A stretch of 64,000 bases of DNA, from assembly GCA_050250895.1 (NCBI GenBank), contig JBFWNU010000009.1, positions 134,488 to 198,487 on the forward strand, given 5' to 3'. A program made the translations under genes and the position numbers. Under the pieces are notes generated by a model. That model worked only from the letters and a program-made list of their open reading frames with translations. It searched no databases and was not told the origin of the DNA. Source of the stretch: Vulcanimicrobiota bacterium (GTDB taxonomy: Bacteria > Vulcanimicrobiota > Xenobia > Xenobiales > JADMJV01). Below are positions 47,284 through 56,465 of the stretch, in pieces (within the stretch, counting starts at the first letter, position 1; every line of letters starts with the position of its first letter).

Positions 47284-47499
47284 CTACTTCCGGCTCTTGC
47301 GAACCAACCCTTCGAGTGTGCGATGCGCGTTCAAACACTGAGCGTAGACTCGGTCGAGCACCGAAGGGGCTATGGGAGTATTCTCTCCTCCCCGGTCTAA
47401 CTCATCCAGGATGGCCACCGCCTGCCGCAATTCTACCAGAGTTTCGTCGAGCGCTTCCAGCCCGGACTGAAGGCACAGGTCGAGACCCTTACTCATCAT
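47284..47499 (-). CDS. Hypothetical protein
   Basis: Short helical ORF coupled to its neighbours. Confidence 0.5.
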   Translation of the reverse strand: MMSKGLDLCLQSGLEALDETLVELRQAVAILDELDRGGENTPIAPSVLDRVYAQCLNAHRTLEGLVRKSRK

Positions 47500-48568
47500 G
47501 AACCGCCTTTTCTAGAGTTGGTTTCGTCAAGCGAAACTCCGCCCCCGAACGGGTAGTCACCACCACCGTACCGTCGTCGTCGCGCAGACTCATGCCGCTG
47601 GGGGTCTGAAGGCTCGAATAACTCCACTCCGGGCCGGCCTTGAGCATCGACGATCGGGTTTTCACCAAAAACTGGGCCGCCTGCCAAAAACCGTCGGTTT
47701 CACGCTGACCCTCGATCAACTTGTCGGCCGGCGGAAAGGTGGCGAGGGCGATGGCCTGGGCCAACTGCTCGGCACTCGGCATCAGCATGCGGCTGCGGGG
47801 TTGAGCGTTTTTGAGTTCGGTGAAAAAGTCTTTGACGGCGTTGCTTCCGGGCACCGACAGGGCCTGGCGCACGGCCCCGAGATAGGCCACGCTCAGGCGC
47901 CCGTAGTGCCTGTTGACTTCTTCTCTCTGGCCCGAACGCAGGCGAATCAGCAAGCCTTCAGGACCCTCGCCCGAGGCCGGTGGTTGCTCGCACAGTTCGC
48001 CAACCCGCTTGCGGGCTAGCGAGAGATCGTTGGTGAGCGAAATGGTGACCGGGGCCCGATGGGGGTCGATGGACTTCATGCCCGTGGTCAGTTTCTCGAC
48101 AGAGGCAACGTCGTCGACCTGGTTGAGCCAGGTGACCACGGCTCGCAGGGCCGAACGCTGGACGGCCATCCCGGCCAGTTGCTCGCCCGGCTTGCGGCGC
48201 ATTCGCAACTGTTGACCCAGCTCCAGGCTGGCCACGAGGTCGTCGACGGCGTCGGCCCTTCCCGTGGCGGCTCGAAAGAGAGCGCGCAAAGCCAGGGTTC
48301 TGGCCAAATCGCACCACCGCTCCAGACTCTGCTCGTTCAATATCGGAGAGGATCTCGACTTGCGGGCTTGCTCGAGGGCCGCGTCGTTGCGATCGAGGTG
48401 GCGCAGAGCGACCGGCGGAGCCTCGGACCAGCCGGCCCCCAACAGGCGCTCGAGTTCGGCTCGCGTGAGCTCGGCCTGGTAGGACGCTGCCACCGCCTCA
48501 TGGCTTGTTTCGCACCAGCCAGCCACGGCCAGTCCGAGCACGAACAAAATCGCGAACAAGCTACGCAT
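47489..48568 (-). CDS. Hypothetical exported helical protein
   Basis: GGAGG RBS and signal peptide. Confidence 0.65.
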   Translation of the reverse strand: MRSLFAILFVLGLAVAGWCETSHEAVAASYQAELTRAELERLLGAGWSEAPPVALRHLDRNDAALEQARKSRSSPILNEQSLERWCDLARTLALRALFRAATGRADAVDDLVASLELGQQLRMRRKPGEQLAGMAVQRSALRAVVTWLNQVDDVASVEKLTTGMKSIDPHRAPVTISLTNDLSLARKRVGELCEQPPASGEGPEGLLIRLRSGQREEVNRHYGRLSVAYLGAVRQALSVPGSNAVKDFFTELKNAQPRSRMLMPSAEQLAQAIALATFPPADKLIEGQRETDGFWQAAQFLVKTRSSMLKAGPEWSYSSLQTPSGMSLRDDDGTVVVTTRSGAEFRLTKPTLEKAVHDE

Positions 48569-48704
48569 TGCAACGCCTCCGTTTCCATCTTTCCCAAAGG
48601 ATAACCTCCGACAACCCTAGAAATTTCGTCGCAGTTAACGTTCTCCGGAAAGCCCCGGGAACATAGGCACACCCCTTCGAGCCGAGGGGTAGACAGGTGA
48701 ACTG

Positions 48705-50111
48705 ATGTCAGAGCCCCTCAAGCTGGGCAGTCGAGTAGAGATTGCCGTGCATGACGTGGCCGCCGGTGGCGAGGCCGTCGGCCGCCTAGATAATTTCGTG
48801 ATTTTCGTCCCCCACGCCGCCCCGGGCGACCTGCTCGAAGTGGAGATTACCCACCTCAAGAAGAGCTACGGCCGGGCCAGGATCTCGAAAATCGTCAAAC
48901 CCTCGCGGCGCCGGGTCGAGCCCCCCTGCCCGATCTACTACCAGTGTGGCGGCTGCCAGCTGCAGCATATCGACTATGACGCCCAGCTGTTTCATAAAAC
49001 CAAGATGGTCACCGATTCCATCGAGCACCTGAGCAACCTGGGCAACGTCAAAGTGATGCCCTGTCGCGGCATGGAAGACCCCTGGAACTATCGCAACAAG
49101 GCTCAGGCAGTGGTGGCCGCCCAACCCTTTCTCAAGGAACACAAGCCCACCGAGCGATTCCGGCCTTTCGTGGGGCTCTACGCCAAGGGTACCCACCGGG
49201 TGGTGAAGATCGACGACTGCATGATCCTCGATCCCCTCAACAACCAGATCCTGCGGGCCACCCGCGAGATCCTCGAGCGCCTTCAGTGGCCGGTCTACAA
49301 CGAAAAAGACGAGTCAGGAATCATCCGCTACCTGGTCACCCGAGCCTCCCTGTCCACCCGCGAGGCTCTGCTGGTGCTGGTCTCGGCCCAGCCGCGTCTG
49401 CCCCAGGTGCAAGAGTTCATCAACTTCATGCAGCGCCGGGTGCCCCAACTCAAGGGGGTGATGCTCAATCTCAATCCCCATCGCTCCAACGTCATCCTGG
49501 GCACCACCACCCGCACCCTGTGGGGCAAAGACCATCTCACCGAAGAGGTCGACGGTCTCAAGTTTCACATCTCGCCCACCTCGTTCTTCCAGGTCAACAC
49601 CTGGGGACTCAAGGCCCTCTACCAGGCCCTGGGCAAGTATTGCAACATCCGCCCCAAAGACGCCGTTCTCGATCTGTATTGCGGAGTCGGTTCGCTGACG
49701 CTGTTTCTGGCTCGCAAGGCCCGGCGGGTGGTGGGCATCGACTCGTCGGCGCCGGCCATCGAAGACGCGGTGGTCAACTCGGACCTCAATGAACTGGCCA
49801 ACACCACTTTCATGGCTGGCAATGTCGAGCGCCACCTGCCGCAGCTCTATCGCCAGGGCGAGCGCTTTTCGCTGGTAGTGCTGGATCCACCTCGAAAAGG
49901 TTGTGACGCCAGTCTCTTGAAGACCATAGCCCGCATGCGCATTCCGAACATCGTCTACGTCTCTTGCAACCCGTCCACGCTGGCCCGGGACCTCGGCTTG
50001 CTGGCCGAGCTCGGCTATCAGACCAACGAGATTCAGCCCATCGATATGTTTCCTCAGACCTACCATGTCGAGTGCGTAGCCCATGTCACGCTCAAAGGAG
50101 GCCGCCGTTAG
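48705..50111 (+). CDS. rlmD: 23S rRNA (uracil-5)-methyltransferase
   Basis: TRAM domain, CPIYYQCGGC, SFFQVN, DLYCGVG, LDPPRKG, YVSCNP and DMFPQT.HVE. Confidence 0.95.
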   Translation: MSEPLKLGSRVEIAVHDVAAGGEAVGRLDNFVIFVPHAAPGDLLEVEITHLKKSYGRARISKIVKPSRRRVEPPCPIYYQCGGCQLQHIDYDAQLFHKTKMVTDSIEHLSNLGNVKVMPCRGMEDPWNYRNKAQAVVAAQPFLKEHKPTERFRPFVGLYAKGTHRVVKIDDCMILDPLNNQILRATREILERLQWPVYNEKDESGIIRYLVTRASLSTREALLVLVSAQPRLPQVQEFINFMQRRVPQLKGVMLNLNPHRSNVILGTTTRTLWGKDHLTEEVDGLKFHISPTSFFQVNTWGLKALYQALGKYCNIRPKDAVLDLYCGVGSLTLFLARKARRVVGIDSSAPAIEDAVVNSDLNELANTTFMAGNVERHLPQLYRQGERFSLVVLDPPRKGCDASLLKTIARMRIPNIVYVSCNPSTLARDLGLLAELGYQTNEIQPIDMFPQTYHVECVAHVTLKGGRR

Positions 50112-52453
50112 TGGCCCTGCACCTGTCCGACACTTCCGAACAGGTCAAGCGCCGGGCCATGGACCTGACCCGAAAATGGAAGCACTTCTTCCTCAGCACC
50201 GAGCACTACCTCTGCGCCGCCTGCATCGAAGACCCGGGTTGTGAACGCTGGTTGACAGGCCAGGGCCTGAGCATCGAGGATTTCGAAGAGGCCGTGCTCA
50301 AGCTCGTGCCCGAGGGCGACGAGACTCCCATCTGGGAGGGCATTCCCGAGTCGCCGCGCATGCGCCGGGTATTGACCAAGCTGGCCCAGGCCGAAGCGGA
50401 GGCCCAAAAAGCCATGCGGGTCGAGCCTCGCCACATCATCGCTGGCATCATGCGCGACGGCAAAGGCATTGCCGTGCGGGTCATCGAGGAGTTGGGGCGC
50501 AACCCCAAGGCGGCGGTCGAGCAACTCGGCGGCGGTTCGTCGCCGGCTGGGGGCAACGGCTCGGGACGTCCGGCCGCGACCTCTGAGCCCGACCGCCGAG
50601 GTCGCGACGGCAACAAGAAAGAGAAGTTTCTCACCAAGTATTCGCGCGATCTCATCGAGGTAGCCCGCAACGGCAAGATGGATCCCGTCATCGGCCGCAA
50701 CGACGAGGTGCGGCGGGTGCTGCAGATCCTGACCCGCAAGACCAAGTCCAATCCTGTGCTCATCGGCGAAGCCGGAGTCGGCAAGACGGCCGTGGCCTGG
50801 GGTCTGGCCCAGCGTATCGTATCCGGGACCGTGCCCGACGCCCTCAAAGAGCGCCGCCTGCTCGAACTGAGCCTCTCCTCGATGGTGGCCGGGGCCAAGC
50901 ACCGGGGCGAATTCGAAGAGCGCCTCGAGGGAGTCGTCAAAGAGGTCCTCAACGACCCCTCCATCATCCTTTTCATCGACGAGATCCACCAGCTGGTAGG
51001 GGCCGGCGACTCGCGCGGGGGCATGGACGCCAGCAACATCCTCAAGCCTGCCCTGGCCCGGGGTGAGCTTTGTGTGCTGGGAGCCACCACTACCGACGAA
51101 TACCGACGCTACATCGAAAAGGATCCTGCCCTCGAGCGTCGCTTCCAACCGGTGCTGGTCAGCGAACCCTCAGAAGAGGACGCCCTGGAGATTCTCAAGG
51201 GTCTCAAAGGCCGCTACGAATCCCATCACGGAGCCACTTTCACCGACGAGGCCCTGCTAGCCGCGGTCAAGCTTTCGGTCCGTTTTTTGCCCGACCGCAA
51301 CCTGCCCGACAAGGCCATCGACCTCATCGACGAAGCCGCGGCGCGGGTCAAGACCCGCTCGGGAGTGTTCGGTCCCGAGGCTAAATTCGAGGTCACCGAT
51401 GATATTGTGGCCGAGGTGGTGGCCGACTGGACCGGCATCCCGGTCAGTCGCATGACGCAAGAAGAGTCAGCCCGCCTGCTCGACATGGAAAACCTGCTGG
51501 CCAAACGGGTGGTGGGCCAGGACCACGCCGTGATGGCAGTGGCTCAGACCATCCGGGTGGTGCGGGTGGGACTGACCTCGCCCAACCGACCCGGCGGAGT
51601 CTTCTTCTTCCTGGGTCCCAGCGGCGTGGGCAAGACCGAACTGGCCAAAGCTCTGGCCGAGTTTCTCTTCGGCAACGCCAACGAGATGGTGCGCCTGGAT
51701 ATGTCCGAGTACCACGACAAACACTCCATGTCGCGCCTGATCGGCTCGCCCCCTGGCTATGTGGGTCACGACGAAGAAGGCCAACTGACCCGGGCGGTGC
51801 GCACCAAACCCTACTCGGTGGTGCTGCTCGACGAGGTCGAAAAAGCCCATCCAGAGGTCTTCGACCTGTTTCTACAGGTGTTTGACGACGGACGCCTGAC
51901 CGACTCCAAGGGCCGCACCGTCAACTTCACCAACACCATTATCGTCATGACCTCGAACCTGGGAGCCCGCGAGGCCATGGAGCGGCAGGTTCCTAACCAG
52001 GGTTCCACCGGTCAACTCGACGAGATGCCCGGAGTCTATCAGAACGCACTGCGCAACCACTTTCGCCCCGAGTTTCTCAACCGAGTCGACGAGATCGTGG
52101 TCTTCCGAGCCCTCGAGCGCAAAGACCTGGTAGGCATCGTGCAGATCCATCTCGGTCGCCTGGTCAAGACCATCAAGGAACAGCGCAGCATTCACCTCGA
52201 CATCCGTCCCTCGGCAGTCGAGTTTATCCTGGAACACGGCTACCAGCCCCAGTTCGGAGCCCGACCCTTGCAGCGGGCCATCAACACGCACCTATCCCGG
52301 CCCCTGGCCGAAGAACTGCTGCGCAACCCCCCCGAAGCCGGCAGCACGCTGGTAGTCGAACGACAAGAGGACAAGCTGGTCTTCTTGCCCAACGCCCAGG
52401 CCAACTTCGAGGGTGACACCATCGGCCCGGGGGGCTTCGACGATGAGGATTAA
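50111..52453 (+). CDS. Class I Clp/Hsp100 ATPase (Clp-N plus two AAA+), atypical
   Basis: GEAGVGKT, IDEIH, DPALERRFQ, LPDKAIDL, GPSGVGKT and RPEFLNRVD. GTG start at the rlmD stop. Confidence 0.92.
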   Translation: MALHLSDTSEQVKRRAMDLTRKWKHFFLSTEHYLCAACIEDPGCERWLTGQGLSIEDFEEAVLKLVPEGDETPIWEGIPESPRMRRVLTKLAQAEAEAQKAMRVEPRHIIAGIMRDGKGIAVRVIEELGRNPKAAVEQLGGGSSPAGGNGSGRPAATSEPDRRGRDGNKKEKFLTKYSRDLIEVARNGKMDPVIGRNDEVRRVLQILTRKTKSNPVLIGEAGVGKTAVAWGLAQRIVSGTVPDALKERRLLELSLSSMVAGAKHRGEFEERLEGVVKEVLNDPSIILFIDEIHQLVGAGDSRGGMDASNILKPALARGELCVLGATTTDEYRRYIEKDPALERRFQPVLVSEPSEEDALEILKGLKGRYESHHGATFTDEALLAAVKLSVRFLPDRNLPDKAIDLIDEAAARVKTRSGVFGPEAKFEVTDDIVAEVVADWTGIPVSRMTQEESARLLDMENLLAKRVVGQDHAVMAVAQTIRVVRVGLTSPNRPGGVFFFLGPSGVGKTELAKALAEFLFGNANEMVRLDMSEYHDKHSMSRLIGSPPGYVGHDEEGQLTRAVRTKPYSVVLLDEVEKAHPEVFDLFLQVFDDGRLTDSKGRTVNFTNTIIVMTSNLGAREAMERQVPNQGSTGQLDEMPGVYQNALRNHFRPEFLNRVDEIVVFRALERKDLVGIVQIHLGRLVKTIKEQRSIHLDIRPSAVEFILEHGYQPQFGARPLQRAINTHLSRPLAEELLRNPPEAGSTLVVERQEDKLVFLPNAQANFEGDTIGPGGFDDED

Positions 52454-52727
52454 GCTCGAGGTACTCAGTGGTCCCATGGACGGCCACATTTTTCAGTTCA
52501 ACTCCAGCAGCGACATCGGGCGCGAGGGCCAGCTGAAGTTGCCCGTCGACCGCTTCATCTCGCGCCGCCACGCCCGCATTGAATTGCAGGGTCCGAACGT
52601 CTTTCTCGAGGACCTGCGCTCGACCAACGGCACCTTCATCGACGACGCCCGCCTCGAAGGCCGGGCCGAACTCTCCAATGGCAAAGTCTTCAGAATCGGA
52701 CGGACGTGGCTCGAGATTACCTGGTAA
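52443..52727 (+). CDS. Stand-alone FHA domain protein
   Basis: IGR, ISRRHA and DL.STNGT. Confidence 0.92.
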   Translation: MRIKLEVLSGPMDGHIFQFNSSSDIGREGQLKLPVDRFISRRHARIELQGPNVFLEDLRSTNGTFIDDARLEGRAELSNGKVFRIGRTWLEITW

Positions 52728-54301
52728 AGCTGCTGTTGGGGGTCGCACTCCTGGGTCTGGCTCGCGCTGGTCAGGCCGACACTCTAGCTTATCGAGAAGC
52801 CGGACTGACCCGCCGCGAGGCGGCCGCTCATCTGCTCAGTCGCTTCACCTTCGGCGCCCGCCCCGGCGAGGTCGACCAGGTGCTGGCCATGGGCTTAGAC
52901 AAGTGGCTCGACCAGCAACTCGACGGGGACCAGCCCGAGCCGCCCTATCCCGGTACCGACAACAACTACGGCAATCTGCGTGGCAACAAGCTCAACCGGG
53001 CCCTCAACTCGCCCAACCAGCTGCGCGAGGTGCTCACCGACTTCTGGTTCAACCACTTCAACGTCTCGGCCCGCGGTCGGGTCAACCAGGTCGTCACCGA
53101 TTACGAAGCCCAGATCCGCAAAGCCAGCCTGGGCAACTTTCGCGAGCTGCTGGGCACCACCGCCCATCATCCGGCCATGCTGATCTATCTCAACAACGAC
53201 CAGTCACGCGCCCCGCCACCGGGCGAAACCCTGAGAGTCGAGGAGGACCCCTTCGGCTACGGGCCGGCCTCGCGGGCCCACCGGCGGCCCACCGACCCCC
53301 TCGGTTACGGCCCACCCAGGCGCGTCGAGGTCAGCCTGCCCAGCCTGACCACTCCCAACCGGCGAGGCATCAACGAGAACTATGCCCGCGAACTGATGGA
53401 GTTGCACACCCTCGGGGTCGACGGCGGCTATCGCCAGCAGGATGTCATCGAGGTGGCCCGGGTGCTGACCGGCTGGACGGTCGAGGGCACCCCCCCCACC
53501 TTTCGCTATAACGACGACCTTCACGACAACGGCACCAAGACGGTCCTGCACCGCACCATCCATCCGGCCGGCCAGAAGGAAGGCGAGCAGGTGCTCGACC
53601 TTCTTTGCGGCGATCAGGCCACCGCCCGTCACGTCTGCCGCAAACTGGCCGTGCGCTTTGTCTCGGACCACCCTTCCGAAGAGCTGGTGCGGCGCTTGGC
53701 CCGCCGCTATCTCGGTACCGGAGGCAACATTCGTCTGGTCCTTCGCGAACTGGTGGCCCAACCAGAGTTCTGGCGCTCGCGGCGCCAAAAGGTGAAGAGC
53801 CCCTTCGAGGTAGTGGCCAGCGCCCTGCGAGCCCTCGACGCCAGGGTCGACAACTATAACGCGGCCGTGTCGCAAGTCGAGCAGATGGGTCAGGCCCTCT
53901 ATCAATACGAGGCGCCCACGGGCTTCCCCGACCGGGCCGATTTCTGGATCAACCCCGGCTCGCTGGTGGCCCGCATGACCTTCGGCCTGGATCTGGCCGA
54001 AGGGCGGGTAGGCGGAACGAAGGTCGACCTCGAGAAGCTGGTCCCAGCCAAACAGGCCACTTCCGCCCGCGAGGCCCTGCGCTATCAGGCCGAGACCCTG
54101 TTGCCCGACCGCCCCATCGAACCCATGCTAAAAGACCTGGTTCCCTCGCTGGAAGACCCCGACTTTGCCCAACGAGTCCGCAACAAGCGCAAAGGCGCCA
54201 AGCCCTCGCCCCGCTCCAAGCAGCGCCCCAAGGCCAAAGATTTCGACTCCAAGCTCGTGCTCGGCATCCTGCTTGGCTCGCCCGAGTTTCAGCGACGCTA
54301 G
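52706..54301 (+). CDS. DUF1800 family protein
   Basis: HLLSRFTFG, FWFNHFNV, PAMLIYL, NENYARELMELHTLG and SPEFQRR. Start uncertain. Confidence 0.9.
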   Translation: MARDYLVKLLLGVALLGLARAGQADTLAYREAGLTRREAAAHLLSRFTFGARPGEVDQVLAMGLDKWLDQQLDGDQPEPPYPGTDNNYGNLRGNKLNRALNSPNQLREVLTDFWFNHFNVSARGRVNQVVTDYEAQIRKASLGNFRELLGTTAHHPAMLIYLNNDQSRAPPPGETLRVEEDPFGYGPASRAHRRPTDPLGYGPPRRVEVSLPSLTTPNRRGINENYARELMELHTLGVDGGYRQQDVIEVARVLTGWTVEGTPPTFRYNDDLHDNGTKTVLHRTIHPAGQKEGEQVLDLLCGDQATARHVCRKLAVRFVSDHPSEELVRRLARRYLGTGGNIRLVLRELVAQPEFWRSRRQKVKSPFEVVASALRALDARVDNYNAAVSQVEQMGQALYQYEAPTGFPDRADFWINPGSLVARMTFGLDLAEGRVGGTKVDLEKLVPAKQATSAREALRYQAETLLPDRPIEPMLKDLVPSLEDPDFAQRVRNKRKGAKPSPRSKQRPKAKDFDSKLVLGILLGSPEFQRR

Positions 54302-54817
54302 CTCGGAGAGGCACCTCGCTGACGCTCGGAGAGGGGAGCCTCGCTGACGCTCGGAGAGGGGAGCCTCGCTGACGCTCGGAGAGGGGAGCCTCGCTGACGC
54401 TCGGAGAGGGGAGCCTCGCTGACGCTCGGAGGGGGGAGCGAAGCTCGCTTTGGCTCGCTTCGAGGATTGGACAGGCGGCCTGCGGCCGCAACCCTTCGGG
54501 CGGCGAAGCCGCCTCATAATTGACGACGCGCAGCGTCGAGTACCTCAAGAACTCGAGCCGTAGCGCAGCGTAGGCTCGCTCCCAACTCGAGGCGCAGCCT
54601 CGCTCCCATCTCCGGGCGCAGCCGGCTCCCATCTCGATGACAAAGTCATCGCTCCCCTCTCGAGGCAACCCTTCGGGCGGCGAAGCCGCCTCATAATTGA
54701 CGACGCGCAGCGTCGAGTATCTCAAAAACTCGAGCCGTAGCGCAGCGTAGGCTCGCTCCCATCTCTGGGCCCCAGCCCAGCTCCCATCTCGATGACAAAG
54801 TCATCGCTCCCCTCTCC
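54301..54817 (+). repeat. Mosaic hairpin array, left copy
   Basis: Five 25-bp tandem units (54314-54438), two 91-bp cores (54488, 54665) and linker-hairpin modules. Confidence 0.92.
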
Positions 54818-55134
54818 GACCTCGCCTCTGCCGGTGAGAGCTTCTCATAGAGACTGAGCAAGCCCCGGACGGCGCGGCCTACCGTAAACTGCTGTTGATG
54901 TAAGTAAGCAATTCCGGCGTGCTCCCGATCGCCAGCTGCCATGGCGAGGAAATCCTCGTCCTGCGTAAACAGAATCCGGCCTTGGAGCCTGGCAAATTCC
55001 AGCTGATCGATGTCGGTTGCACTGATTCGTCCGGCCTCGCCCGTTGTGAGGACGTCTATTCCTCTTCGACGAAGACCTCCGGCCACAGCCGGGTCGACCA
55101 TTTCGTCGAGATAGAACCGAGGTTGGTCAGGCAC
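54691..55134 (-). CDS. DUF5615 PIN-like toxin (VapC45 type) whose C-terminus runs into the repeat
   Basis: RFYLDE.V, LR..GIDV.T, ATD...L.FA...GRILFTQDEDF and HAGI. GTG start overlaps the antitoxin stop. Confidence 0.85.
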   Translation of the reverse strand: MPDQPRFYLDEMVDPAVAGGLRRRGIDVLTTGEAGRISATDIDQLEFARLQGRILFTQDEDFLAMAAGDREHAGIAYLHQQQFTVGRAVRGLLSLYEKLSPAEARSERGAMTLSSRWELGWGPEMGASLRCATARVFEILDAARRQL

Positions 55135-55417
55135 TTCGTGAGTCGGGCATCGCTTCTGGGCGAAGCTGGTCGGCCACGTCGAGACTGCGACGGATGTCCT
55201 CGCGAATCTCGTCAAGGTTGGCAAAATAGTATGCTAAGGCAGCGTGGACCTGACTCAGGTCAAGTCCATACATGTGCGCGATCTCGTCAGGGCTCTTGCC
55301 ATGTCTTTCGCTCATCAGCGCGACATCTAGCACTCGAATTCTGTGGCCCTTTATGCAAGGACGACCTCCACACACGCCGGGAGTCCTGGTGATAAACTCT
55401 GACAACATTAGGCCCAT
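55127..55417 (-). CDS. DUF433 antitoxin (VapB45 type)
   Basis: I.RTPGVCGGRPCIKGHRI.V, SPDEIA..Y.L....V.AALAYY. Confidence 0.92.
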   Translation of the reverse strand: MGLMLSEFITRTPGVCGGRPCIKGHRIRVLDVALMSERHGKSPDEIAHMYGLDLSQVHAALAYYFANLDEIREDIRRSLDVADQLRPEAMPDSRSA

Positions 55418-55458
55418 TGTAGCATAAGACGACTACCTCGCACCTGGCTCCGGGCAGG

Positions 55459-56445
55459 AGAGGGGAGCCGGCCTGTGGCCGGAGGGGGGAGCCTCGCTGA
55501 CGCTCGGAGAGGGGATTGGACAGGCGGCCTGCGGCCGCAACCCTTCGGGCGGCGAAGCCGCCTCATAATTGACGACGCGCAGCGTCGAGTACCTCAAAAA
55601 CTCGAGCCGTAGCGCAGCGTAGGCTCGCTCCCAACTCGAGGCGCAGCCTCGCTCCCATCTCTGGGCCCCAGCCCAGCTCCCTTCTCGATGACAACGTCAT
55701 CGCTCCCCTCTCGAGGCCGCAACCCTTCGGGCGGCGAAGCCGCCTCATAATTGACGACGCGCAGCGTCGAGTACCTCAAAAACTCGAGCCGTAGCGCAGC
55801 GTAGGCTCGCTCCCATCTCGAGGCGTAGCCTCGTTCCCATCTCGAGGCGTAGCCTCGTTCCCATCTCGAGGCGCAGCCTCGCTCCCATCTCGATGACAAA
55901 GTCATCGCTCCCCTCTCGAGGCAACCCTTCGGGCGGCGAAGCCGCCCCATATTGACGACGCGCAGCGTCGAGTACCTCAAAAACTCGAGCCGTAGCGCAG
56001 CGTAGGCTCGCTCCCAACTCGAGGCGCAGCCTCGCTCCCATCTCCGGGCGCAGCCGGCTCCCATCTCCGGGCGCAGCCGGCTCCCATCTCGATGACAAAG
56101 TCATCGCTCCCCTCTCGAGGCAACCCTTCGGGCGGCGAAGCCGCCTCATAATTGACGACGCGCAGCGTCGAGTATCTCAAAAACTCGAGCCGTAGCGCAG
56201 CGTAGGCTCGCTCCCATCTCGAGGCGCAGCCTCGCTCCCATCTCCGGGCGCAGCCGGCTCCCATCTCGATGACAAAGTCATCGCTCCCCTCTCGAGGCCG
56301 CAGGCCTCGTCGCTCCCATCTCGAGGCGTAGCCTCGTTCCCATCTCGATGACACAGTCATCGCTCCCATCTCTGGGCCCCAGCCCAGCTCCCTTCTCGAT
56401 GACAACGTCATCGCTCCCCTCTCGAGGCCGCAGGCCTCGCTCCCA
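55459..56445 (+). repeat. Mosaic hairpin array, right copy
   Basis: Same orientation as the left copy. Cores at 55537, 55719, 55921 and 56120, with many CTCCCATCT-hairpin modules. Confidence 0.92.
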
Positions 56446-56465
56446 GCGGGCCCGAAAGCCGGCCC

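Noticed and set aside
48631-48660. Third copy of the CGTTAAC promoter motif
   Set aside because: Only the -10-like half matches. The ACAA-x-CCG half is missing.
49964-52727. Type VI secretion locus (ClpV plus Fha)
   Set aside because: No Hcp, VgrG, TssB/C or baseplate genes nearby.
54301-56445. CRISPR array
   Set aside because: There are no unique spacers. The variable parts are recurring short palindromes, the constant linker is only 9 nt, and no cas genes are present.
54301-56445. Integron cassette array (attC sites around a TA cassette)
   Set aside because: No RYYYAAC...GTTRRRY boundaries were recognised and there is no integrase in the window.
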